Part shown: piece by piece, positions 1 through 7,569 of the stretch
Numbering within the stretch: the first letter of the stretch is position 1
Layout of the letters: each line of letters opens with the position of its first letter
DNA from: a virus
Taxonomy: Duplodnaviria > Caudoviricetes
Length of the DNA stretch: 28,038 nucleotides
IMG/VR virus record: IMGVR_UViG_3300020562_000018
Location: 1-28,038 of that record
Direction: 5' to 3' (one strand)
Translations under genes and position numbers: made by a program
Notes under the pieces: model-generated
Told to the model about the DNA's origin: nothing
Seen by the model: the letters and a program-made list of their open reading frames with translations, nothing else
The model's database searches: none

Positions 1-75
1 ACCTTGAAACGAAGGAGGAACATTCTGCTTTGGACTCAACCCCTTCTTCTTACCAAAAATATCAAATAGACCCAT
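1..75 (-). CDS. 5' end of probable portal protein (runs off the window)
   Basis: ATG at 75 just after the terminase stop, open to position 1 (MGLFDIFGKKKGLSPKQNVPPSFQG). Position after TerL and an MGLF start suggest a portal protein. Confidence 0.6.
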   Translation of the reverse strand, partial: MGLFDIFGKKKGLSPKQNVPPSFQG

Positions 76-80
76 TTTTT

Positions 81-1226
81 TTATATTGCTCCCCAAGTTA
101 TCTTAGGGATTGTTAACTTGCTAAAAATGCTATATCTTAGGGCATCAAGTATGTGGTCACCAAACTTTACGGGTGAATCAAGTTTATTGCCATTTCTATC
201 GGTTTTCCACCGATAATTCTTCAATTCCTTTAGTAAATTTACACTATCTTGCTGAATAAACAAGGGAGTGCCTTTTATAGTCCTAATTCCCTCCGTCACA
301 TCTTTGTTTGCGTGCTTGGCATTAAACCCATTCCTTACCAACTCCTCAATTGTCTTTGGCTCGGCTGCATCGCAAAATATCTCATCGTACGGGTCAATAT
401 TAAGAACCTTTAGCCTATCTACCAAATCATTTGTGGTCAACCTGGTCTCATACAGCAATTCTTGGGCATAAGCAGCACCCTCAACAAACATAACCTTTAC
501 CAATGCACTTGGCACGTTGAACCCAAAGTCAAGACCATACACCACCTCACCATCCTCTGGCATCTCTGCCGTAGTCCTATAATGCGTATATATCAAATCT
601 TGGCTCAATCCACGTTCACCAAGGCCATAGATTTGCCAGTAGTTAGGGTCGGCATCCTTCAAACGTTCTAATTCGTCAACCAGTTCTTTAGGGAGGAAGG
701 GGTTATCTCTAAAGGTAGTGATATTGAAGTCGGCATCATCCCTTGGAATCACAGAATCATAAATCCAACTTGCCACATCAGAAGGATTGTAGTCAATCAC
801 TATCTTGCCCTCAGTACGCATGATTAACTGCATCCAAGCCTCGTAGGACAGTTCATTTGCCTCATTGCAGAATAAGTACGTTCTTGCCCTACCCCTTATC
901 TTTTGTGGCTGATCTGCACTTACAAACTCAATCGTATTTCCATTCATTGTGTATATCTGCTCAGTCTTATTGTGGTTGTCCTCGCTGTAAATGTTCAGCT
1001 TAGTAAGTATGTCCACAAAGTCTCTGAGAACAGAACCTTTAATGGATGGGAGTGATTGCCTTACTATTGTGAGAGTCTTGTTGTTTTCTTGAAGGAGTTT
1101 TACAATGAACCATATAAGAATGTTGTAAGTCTTGCCTGAACGTGAACCCCCCTGCATCACAGAGATGCGTTTGTCGCTTTCGTTGAGGATTTCGTAGATT
1201 TTGTTGGTTTGGAGGGTTGCGTTCAT
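81..1226 (-). CDS. terL: terminase large subunit (PBSX/SPP1-like)
   Basis: Walker A QGGSRSGKT, Walker B region LFCNEANE, coupling motif DYNP, nuclease GLDFGF and C-terminal DHILDALRY. Confidence 0.95.
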   Translation of the reverse strand: MNATLQTNKIYEILNESDKRISVMQGGSRSGKTYNILIWFIVKLLQENNKTLTIVRQSLPSIKGSVLRDFVDILTKLNIYSEDNHNKTEQIYTMNGNTIEFVSADQPQKIRGRARTYLFCNEANELSYEAWMQLIMRTEGKIVIDYNPSDVASWIYDSVIPRDDADFNITTFRDNPFLPKELVDELERLKDADPNYWQIYGLGERGLSQDLIYTHYRTTAEMPEDGEVVYGLDFGFNVPSALVKVMFVEGAAYAQELLYETRLTTNDLVDRLKVLNIDPYDEIFCDAAEPKTIEELVRNGFNAKHANKDVTEGIRTIKGTPLFIQQDSVNLLKELKNYRWKTDRNGNKLDSPVKFGDHILDALRYSIFSKLTIPKITWGAI

Positions 1227-1245
1227 TGTATTATTTTAAGTCAAC

Positions 1246-1253
1246 CAAAGGTA
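1246..1253 (-). promoter_or_regulatory. Bacteroidota-type -7 promoter box upstream of terL
   Basis: TACCTTTG on the minus strand matches TAnnTTTG, about 20 nt upstream of the terL ATG. Confidence 0.55.
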
Positions 1254-1476
1254 GGCGAGTTTTGGGCGAAAAAAAAAATTTGGAAATGGGATTTGAGGTT
1301 GAAAAGTAGAGGTGGGAAGGGGGGTCATCGTATATATAAGATTTATAAAGGTTGTGTAGGAGGAAATTATTCTTGGTCTTTACCCCAACCGCCTCCAAAA
1401 AGTAATTTCTTTAAGTCCCCCCCATCGTATATAGCCATCTTGCCCACATTTCAGCCTCAATACTAACAACTTTAGT

Positions 1477-1504
1477 ATCCCCTATAACTAACGTTATGTT
1501 AAAT
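1477..1504 (+). other. dif-like XerC/XerD recombination site
   Basis: ATCCCCTATAA-CTAACG-TTATGTTAAAT has the 11-6-11 layout. The right arm is identical to the canonical XerD arm TTATGTTAAAT and the left arm ends in ATAA like XerC arms. It is intergenic. Confidence 0.8.
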
Positions 1505-1533
1505 AGACACGCAAAGAGTTATATATCAATTGC

Positions 1534-1884
1534 TTACATATTATCTTTATCTTCTATCTGAACAGTCCTATTGTCCTGAAGTAGGATGTTAGGCTTGATG
1601 ATCTCAATTGCTATCTGGTTGAGGTTACCTTCTATCTTGGATTCTATCTTCTGAGTGGGTAGACCAATGTAGTATGCGCAGAAGAGTTGTATGGCTTTCA
1701 TATCCCCTTCCTTTATCTTTTCGTGTAGTTTAGTAAAGGCTGTGGTTGCCATTGGGTGTAGCTTCTCAATGATGGCATCCTCATCCATCTTCTTCTTTCT
1801 GCCAGAACCTGGGCGATAGCCACCCACCTTCTTCTTGTCTGCTGTCCTTTGGTCAATCTTTGCTTGTAGTTGTTCGTCAGTCAT
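1534..1884 (-). CDS. probable terminase small subunit
   Basis: 116 aa, directly upstream of terL, with a GGYRPGSGRK motif typical of small terminase N-termini and a helical body. Confidence 0.7.
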   Translation of the reverse strand: MTDEQLQAKIDQRTADKKKVGGYRPGSGRKKKMDEDAIIEKLHPMATTAFTKLHEKIKEGDMKAIQLFCAYYIGLPTQKIESKIEGNLNQIAIEIIKPNILLQDNRTVQIEDKDNM

Positions 1885-1941
1885 TTGATTTCTTAGTGGT
1901 TAATCACATATGCGTTTATATTGTAAATCAATGTTTAAACA

Positions 1942-2145
1942 TTAATCTGCCTTATCCAATTTCTCCTTTTGCTGTATCACTTCCATATTATGGGTGAATC
2001 CCTTGGGATCATCAGCCTTCTCATATATCTTAAACTTAACCCAATCCCCAGGTTGATTATTGATATACTCAATGAAATCAGCCTTAAAGATGTTGAGGTA
2101 GAGTCCATTCTCCGCCTTCTTTATATAAAATCCTTTCCTTTTCAT
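1942..2145 (-). CDS. hypothetical phage protein
   Basis: 67-aa ORF co-oriented with neighbours, with plausible composition. Confidence 0.65.
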   Translation of the reverse strand: MKRKGFYIKKAENGLYLNIFKADFIEYINNQPGDWVKFKIYEKADDPKGFTHNMEVIQQKEKLDKAD

Positions 2146-2225
2146 ATACCTAAAATTAAATACAAAAATTATAAATCATTGATATTTATTTAGTTATATA
2201 ATAATGAAATAAATATTTACTTATA

Positions 2226-2258
2226 TTGATGTATATATGATATACTTTATTATATTTG
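2226..2258 (+). promoter_or_regulatory. Bacteroidota-type promoter for the plus-strand island
   Basis: TATATTTG (-7 box) at 2251-2258 with TTG at 2226-2228, in a very AT-rich stretch about 25 nt upstream of ATG 2283. Confidence 0.6.
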
Positions 2259-2282
2259 ATATATCAATTTAAAATAATTAAC

Positions 2283-2489
2283 ATGAATATCACATCAGGA
2301 CAATCAGCACAGAAACAACATTTAGAAAATGGTGCGCTTACAGCTTGCAATCGCAAATCATCTGGAATTAATAAAAATAGCTTTGAATCTTTTAAATGGT
2401 GGGCAGATAAATATCCTGAAGTTTGTTGCACAAAATGCCTTAATCGTTTTACTGAAAAATCAAATAGATTAACTCAAACAAATAAATAA
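2283..2489 (+). CDS. small putative Zn-binding protein (68 aa)
   Basis: ATG 2283 preferred over TTG 2256, which lies inside the promoter box. Contains H..C...CCxxC residues (QHLENGALTAC...VCCTKC). Confidence 0.65.
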   Translation: MNITSGQSAQKQHLENGALTACNRKSSGINKNSFESFKWWADKYPEVCCTKCLNRFTEKSNRLTQTNK

Positions 2490-2506
2490 AACCAAACCAA
2501 ACAACA

Positions 2507-2584
2507 ATGAAAAAGTCAACACTCCAAACAATCGCAATCATTCTCTTGGCACTTATCCTTTGCACCGCTGATAACTGGTTATAA
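2507..2584 (+). CDS. 25-aa hydrophobic peptide MKKSTLQTIAIILLALILCTADNWL
   Basis: Translated by hand. It has an A/C-rich leader (AAACCAAACCAAACAACA-ATG) like other genes here and is followed by a terminator. Confidence 0.55.
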   Translation: MKKSTLQTIAIILLALILCTADNWL

Positions 2585-2604
2585 ACCGCAACAACATCAA
2601 AACT

Positions 2605-2632
2605 AAAAAGAGGGTCTCAACCCTCTTTTTTT
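2605..2632. terminator. bidirectional intrinsic terminator
   Basis: AAAAAGAGGGT-CTCA-ACCCTCTTTTT perfect hairpin with A and T tails, between convergent genes. Confidence 0.85.
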
Positions 2633-3035
2633 ATATGTTATAATTTATCTTTTCTATTTCACATCCTAAATCTTTTAGATACCTTATCACCTCCTCACTA
2701 TCAATCTCACTTGGAATTGATACGATTAGTCTTGTAGGAATTAGATACTTCGCTGCGATACAAAGATTAACCTGATCAATGAACTGCTTTGTTATCTCAT
2801 CACCAATTGAAAGCATATCTCTCACCTTTGTTATGCCATGAATCACAGTAGTATGGTCAGCACCAAACAATGAGCCAATATCAACCAATTTAAGACCCAT
2901 TTTTTCCCTTGCAATGAAATAGTAAGCATGACGGCAAAGAACGTAACCACGAGCCCTATTTTGGCTCATAATCTCACTCTCTGGTATACCACTCACAAAG
3001 CTAACAACTGACAATAAATTCTCTTTAGTTAACAT
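2631..3035 (-). CDS. DnaA C-terminal (domain IV) HTH-like DNA-binding protein
   Basis: RHAYYFIAREKMGLKLVDIGSLFGADHTTVIHGITKV matches the DnaA domain IV signature (IG..F..DHTTV.H). There is no AAA+ domain. Confidence 0.85.
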   Translation of the reverse strand: MLTKENLLSVVSFVSGIPESEIMSQNRARGYVLCRHAYYFIAREKMGLKLVDIGSLFGADHTTVIHGITKVRDMLSIGDEITKQFIDQVNLCIAAKYLIPTRLIVSIPSEIDSEEVIRYLKDLGCEIEKINYNI

Positions 3036-3179
3036 CCATTTTTATTTAAAGTGTATAATATAGTACCTTGTATTGCCAAGTACCCTTTCTTTTATCTTTA
3101 TTGACCTTTCTTTATCAATGAAAATATATCTTATTAAGTAACCATGTAACTATGTATATCCGAGGTTTACCCTGGTAGC

Positions 3180-3553
3180 AAAAAACCCCACCAAAAACCC
3201 CTATCAAAAATCCCTAACCAAAATAGCAGGATACGCGATTACACGATATTTTCATCTTTCCTTCTTTCTCTATATATATAAGAATCCAAAAAAAAAACAG
3301 ATATACCCTAAAAAATAGAAAAAATCGTGTAAATGACGTATCCGCGTTGATTCTCAACCACTTAGCTACCCAAAATCGTGTAAAAATCGCGTACCAATGA
3401 CGTTCCCGACAAAAAATGACGTACCCAATTTATATGTCATATTAAAATAAATCATCATGTGTAACTTTTGAGCTATTAAAATTATACATCTTTTTTCCTC
3501 CAGCACTTTTTTCTCTCTTATTTAGGTACGCGATATTTAAAATGGTACACGAT
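3180..3553. repeat. putative replication origin with iterons and an AT-rich core
   Basis: ATCGYGTA forward at 3324, 3375 and 3386 and reverse at 3232, 3240, 3527 and 3546. ATGACGT at 3333, 3397 and 3416. Repeated CAAAAAYCCC units at 3180-3215. Lies at the 3' end of the primase-helicase. Confidence 0.65.
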
Positions 3554-5940
3554 TCTTCAATTCCCTTAGTGAACCTTTTTACGGAATAATCCTTCTTATC
3601 AAACCCACTCATTGTCATAAAATCATTATATAATTGTTCTAACTTTATCCATCCAACTTCCTCCTCCACAATCCCTAAAAAATACTCTAAAAACTCCTCC
3701 CCAAACTGCACCCTGATTTGCTTCCTTTTAATTTTCTCAGACGATGCCACCTCCAATACTCCAAACTCAAGGTAGCCTTGAACGCAATCAAACATCAAAT
3801 TATAAAACCTATTCCACTCATCTTTATCCCAATCATCAAAAAGCTTATGTCCAAACTCATCTTCTGGTGTCCGCTTAGGCCCGAAATATCCGCTAAACTC
3901 CAATACTTTCTGCCTCCTTTTAGCGTGGTTACCAGAGTTAGGTATGGTGTAGTTCGTGGTGAACATAACCTTTGGTGAGTCGGAATAAGGTATAAAAAGC
4001 TCATCCTTGTTCTTCTTCTCTACTGTGATGCCTTCTGTTATGATGCTATAAAACCCCTCAAAATCAACGTTCCTCCGCGTATCCTCAATTGCCAGTATCC
4101 TTGTATCCAGGTCAACCCTTTGAAATGCAAATGACTTGTCAAATTTGAAGTTCTTACCATCAACCCGAACAATATTGAGCAAATACCCCAATGCCTTCAC
4201 AAATATCCCCTTTCCAGTGCCTCCTCCATTGGCTTCCTTCTCAGTCTCTTCTGCCAAGATCACTGAAAACGGCCTTGATGGGTCTTTATAGTTGTGCAGT
4301 AGGTATCCGATCAACCCTAAAGCATATATATACCTATCCTTGTCACTATCAGAAATCTTCTCTATAAACCTAAAATATTCTATCTTCTCTAACTCAATAT
4401 CCCCATCTATCACAATAAAATGGTCAATTACTTGCGATTTCCAAACAACTTTTCCCAACTCTCCATAGCTTTTCAACTCAATCTTGTCCTTTCCAACCAC
4501 AACAACCCCATTCTTAAACGGGAAATACCCTTCATTCTTAGTATCCTTCAAAAACGATAGCTCTGCTCTCTCAAAGAACTCAAAAAAAGCATCCGAGAAC
4601 AGCACAGTCGCTCCTTTGTAAATCAACTCAAGTAAGTCTTGAGGTGTGACCCCACCATCAAACGAGTCAGGCAATTTATCAACATAATCCTTGATAAATC
4701 TTTTAATCTGCTCAGTTGATGCCTCCTCAACAAATCCATCCTTGACCCTAACGAGTCTGTAAATGGTTGACCCACTATCATAGAAGTATAGCCTAAAACC
4801 CCCAATAGTAGTAAGAAACACTTGCAATTTATACCGATTAACACTTGCCTTTCCTTTATCATCAACATCCCAAAAGGTACAAATCTCATCACCCCACCTT
4901 GCATCAAGTTCATCAACCATTACTTTGGCATCATCCAAACTTTTATTGTGCTTCTTTACAAGAAGTGTCACCATATCATCCTTACTTGCCCCATCATTCT
5001 TCTTGGAAAACAACTCCCTTTCTACTCTGTCACCGAAGGATGTTTTTTTTTCTCCGAATCCCATATCAAGCAACCGCCTTGCTGCCAACTTAAAATCACC
5101 ATCACATTCCAAAATAGCAAACACAGCAGCCAATTTGTAACCTTTCTGCACAGTAAAAGGTGTGTTCACAGAAAATACACTAAAAAGTCCAAGTCCTTTG
5201 TTCCATGATCCACTATGCTCAGCCTTTGAGCCTGGTCTAAGAAAGTAAATCCTTTCACTATTCTCTTTCACAACTCTCCATCCGTTCCTACCCATCAACT
5301 CAACCACATCACCTCTCCTATTATAGTCATCAAAAGGAGACACCCCATAATCCTTGGTTGACGGCCTCTGGTGTGCTTCAATTATCGCCTCCTCAAAGAT
5401 TTCGTTGAAGGAGCGCATAATCTCAAACAACACCTCGCGCTCATCAAGCGAGATCACATTTATCCCTTCTTGTTCCACGAGGTAGCCTTGTGTAGGCGGT
5501 GCAACAACATATCCACCTTCTCCCCGCGTCTCAATAATGCAATAAGATTTAATGGAAGGGTTATTTTTTGCCTCTTCCAATGTCGGTAGTCGCTGTGCGA
5601 GTTTCTGATTCTTTTCAATCGCCTCGCATTTATAGATGAGGTGTTTGCCATTACTTCTTGTTTTTACGATGTGCAATTTCTTGTACAACTCATGTGGTAT
5701 AGCTGACATAATAGCATCCCATAGGTCATAAGTCTCATACTTTGTATCTATATCAATGACCTCAAGATTGCCACTCACCGCCCCACAAATAATGGCTACT
5801 CCTTTTGCCCTATTATCTGCCATTTGACGAGCTAATTCTTCTTCCTTTATCATTTCCTCTTGGTAGACCTTCCAAGGGAAAATAGCCTGCTTATTTTCAT
5901 TTACAGCAATAGTATTGATGCCGAGTTGTAAGTAGTTCAT
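3442..5940 (-). CDS. bifunctional primase-polymerase / SF3-like helicase
   Basis: N-terminal Prim-Pol motifs (VIDID, KTRSNGKHLIY, ETRGEGGYVVAPP) and a C-terminal P-loop (GGTGKG, IED, FTTN). Confidence 0.9.
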   Translation of the reverse strand: MNYLQLGINTIAVNENKQAIFPWKVYQEEMIKEEELARQMADNRAKGVAIICGAVSGNLEVIDIDTKYETYDLWDAIMSAIPHELYKKLHIVKTRSNGKHLIYKCEAIEKNQKLAQRLPTLEEAKNNPSIKSYCIIETRGEGGYVVAPPTQGYLVEQEGINVISLDEREVLFEIMRSFNEIFEEAIIEAHQRPSTKDYGVSPFDDYNRRGDVVELMGRNGWRVVKENSERIYFLRPGSKAEHSGSWNKGLGLFSVFSVNTPFTVQKGYKLAAVFAILECDGDFKLAARRLLDMGFGEKKTSFGDRVERELFSKKNDGASKDDMVTLLVKKHNKSLDDAKVMVDELDARWGDEICTFWDVDDKGKASVNRYKLQVFLTTIGGFRLYFYDSGSTIYRLVRVKDGFVEEASTEQIKRFIKDYVDKLPDSFDGGVTPQDLLELIYKGATVLFSDAFFEFFERAELSFLKDTKNEGYFPFKNGVVVVGKDKIELKSYGELGKVVWKSQVIDHFIVIDGDIELEKIEYFRFIEKISDSDKDRYIYALGLIGYLLHNYKDPSRPFSVILAEETEKEANGGGTGKGIFVKALGYLLNIVRVDGKNFKFDKSFAFQRVDLDTRILAIEDTRRNVDFEGFYSIITEGITVEKKNKDELFIPYSDSPKVMFTTNYTIPNSGNHAKRRQKVLEFSGYFGPKRTPEDEFGHKLFDDWDKDEWNRFYNLMFDCVQGYLEFGVLEVASSEKIKRKQIRVQFGEEFLEYFLGIVEEEVGWIKLEQLYNDFMTMSGFDKKDYSVKRFTKGIEESCTILNIAYLNKREKSAGGKKMYNFNSSKVTHDDLF

Positions 5941-5942
5941 AA

Positions 5943-6215
5943 TTATTGTAGTTTATAGCAAAAAACATCCACATCGCTAACATCCCTAACCACACGAGCA
6001 AATATGCCCATGTTGTTTAACTTGTCAATCATATACTGTTGCAGTTCAGACACAACTCCGGTGTCAGTCTTAACCTCAAGCATTATGACTGTTCCTTTTC
6101 GTATCGCCATGAGGTCGCAAATCCCAGGTGTTGAGGTGCTGATCAGCTTTGTGACAAACCACCCATGTTCTTTTAATCGCTTAACTATTTTTGTCTGGAG
6201 TGTTGATTCTTTCAT
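5943..6215 (-). CDS. VRR-NUC domain nuclease
   Basis: ESTLQ..I, GICDL, LEVK..G.VSELQ motif pattern. Confidence 0.9.
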   Translation of the reverse strand: MKESTLQTKIVKRLKEHGWFVTKLISTSTPGICDLMAIRKGTVIMLEVKTDTGVVSELQQYMIDKLNNMGIFARVVRDVSDVDVFCYKLQ

Positions 6216-7241
6216 TTAATTTATATTTTTAAGTATATTCTTATAAACATGATCAGCAATTGCTTTCATCATTAAAGGTGGTACTGCTCTGCCTATTCTT
6301 TCCCATTGCTTACGATATGAACCAGATAATTTAAAATCGGTTGGAAATGAACTTAATATTTTTACTTCATCAATTGTCAACCTTGAGGTTTCATTATTTT
6401 TTCTAAATACTTTATATCTTCTGGTTGCACCTAATCCGTCCGCTGTAATTGTAAAACAAACATTATGTTTTTCAACCTTTCTTGCCTCTTCTTCACCAAA
6501 TGCTTTTCTATTCATTTGTATATATTCAATATCATTTAATGATTCTCCAATAGTAACCAATTCATCAAATTTTTTAGGATATGTGATATTTGCTTTTATA
6601 TCATTACGAACCCCAATAAATATTGTTCTATCTCTATTTTGTGGTACACCATAGTTTTTTGCATTTATAACTTTATATCTTACTGAGTAACCACAATTTA
6701 CTAAACAATGATATATCGTATTTTCTTCATCTCCAAATATGCTGTATTGTTCACTACCTAATAATTTTGCTGATGCACCAGTAACAAGTCCAGCTACATT
6801 TTCGCAAATAAATACTTTAGGTTGAATTTCATTTAATATCCTTCCAAATTCAAAAAACAAATCATCTGTTCTTTGTTCTGTATCTGAATATTTTTTTATT
6901 TTACCCCACATTTTATCCTTTGCTCCTGCAATAGAAAAACTTGCACATGGTGGCGATCCATCTAAAATATCCAATTCACCTTTTTTCATTTGTATTTTTT
7001 CCAAAATCATTTCCCCGGTTAAATCGCGGATGTCTTGTTTAAAAATATAGGTTTCCGGATAATTTTCATTATATGTTTCCTGGGCGGATTCAATAAACTC
7101 ATTGATTGCCAAAACCTTTCCGCCCGCTAAACGATATCCCGTTGATGATCCACCACCTCCAGCAAATAATGATACAACATTAAATAAATTTTTAGCAGAT
7201 TGTTCATTTACATAATCCATGTTATATATAAATGGCTTCAT
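6216..7241 (-). CDS. DNA (cytosine-5) methyltransferase, orphan
   Basis: Motifs I (LFAGGGG), IV (GSPPC), VI (ENV), VIII (QNRDR) and X (IGRAVPP). Confidence 0.95.
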   Translation of the reverse strand: MKPFIYNMDYVNEQSAKNLFNVVSLFAGGGGSSTGYRLAGGKVLAINEFIESAQETYNENYPETYIFKQDIRDLTGEMILEKIQMKKGELDILDGSPPCASFSIAGAKDKMWGKIKKYSDTEQRTDDLFFEFGRILNEIQPKVFICENVAGLVTGASAKLLGSEQYSIFGDEENTIYHCLVNCGYSVRYKVINAKNYGVPQNRDRTIFIGVRNDIKANITYPKKFDELVTIGESLNDIEYIQMNRKAFGEEEARKVEKHNVCFTITADGLGATRRYKVFRKNNETSRLTIDEVKILSSFPTDFKLSGSYRKQWERIGRAVPPLMMKAIADHVYKNILKNIN

Positions 7242-7453
7242 TTTATCTTAGTTTTATCAGGATTGCTTCCTTTGTCATTAAACTTAACGTACTCGTAGCT
7301 TGGGTAATACAAGTCAAACATCTCCTCTGATCCCCAAATCTTAGGATGTATCTCAAACATCCATTGCCCATCTTTTAGTCGCCATCTTACGTTTTTCCTA
7401 TCTAAATTGCCTTGGATGTACTCAGTAATTGAGTTAGTCTTTTTTTGATGCAT
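7238..7453 (-). CDS. hypothetical phage protein
   Basis: 71 aa, stop overlaps the MTase start (ATGA), A-rich leader. Confidence 0.65.
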   Translation of the reverse strand: MHQKKTNSITEYIQGNLDRKNVRWRLKDGQWMFEIHPKIWGSEEMFDLYYPSYEYVKFNDKGSNPDKTKIK

Positions 7454-7569
7454 AGTGTTGTTTGTTTAAGTGTATAAAATGTGTGAGTGAGGATAAAAAT
7501 AATGATAAATACGGGAATTGATACGATGAAAAAATAAATTACCATTAGGATGTAGGAAAATGTTTTCAT
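7402..7569 (-). CDS. small membrane protein (55 aa, MKTFSYILMVIYFFIVSIPVFIIIFIL...)
   Basis: Translated by hand. ATGA overlap with the helicase stop and one long hydrophobic helix. Confidence 0.55.
   Translation of the reverse strand: MKTFSYILMVIYFFIVSIPVFIIIFILTHTFYTLKQTTLCIKKRLTQLLSTSKAI

Noticed and set aside
1209-1466. 85-aa plus-strand ORF in the terS-terL gap
   Set aside because: TTG start inside terL and low-complexity translation of homopolymer tracts. More likely non-coding.
3046-3150. Short minus-strand open frame (HGYLIRYIFIDKERSIK...)
   Set aside because: An in-frame TAG lies just upstream and there is no good start codon. There is no evidence for stop recoding, since TAG terminates other genes here.
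3232-3423. Repeats considered as a mini-CRISPR array
   Set aside because: Repeats are only 7-11 bp, in mixed orientation and irregularly spaced.
5943-7241. MTase plus adjacent nuclease as a restriction-modification pair
   Set aside because: The nuclease is a stand-alone VRR-NUC typical of phage replication modules, not a restriction enzyme.
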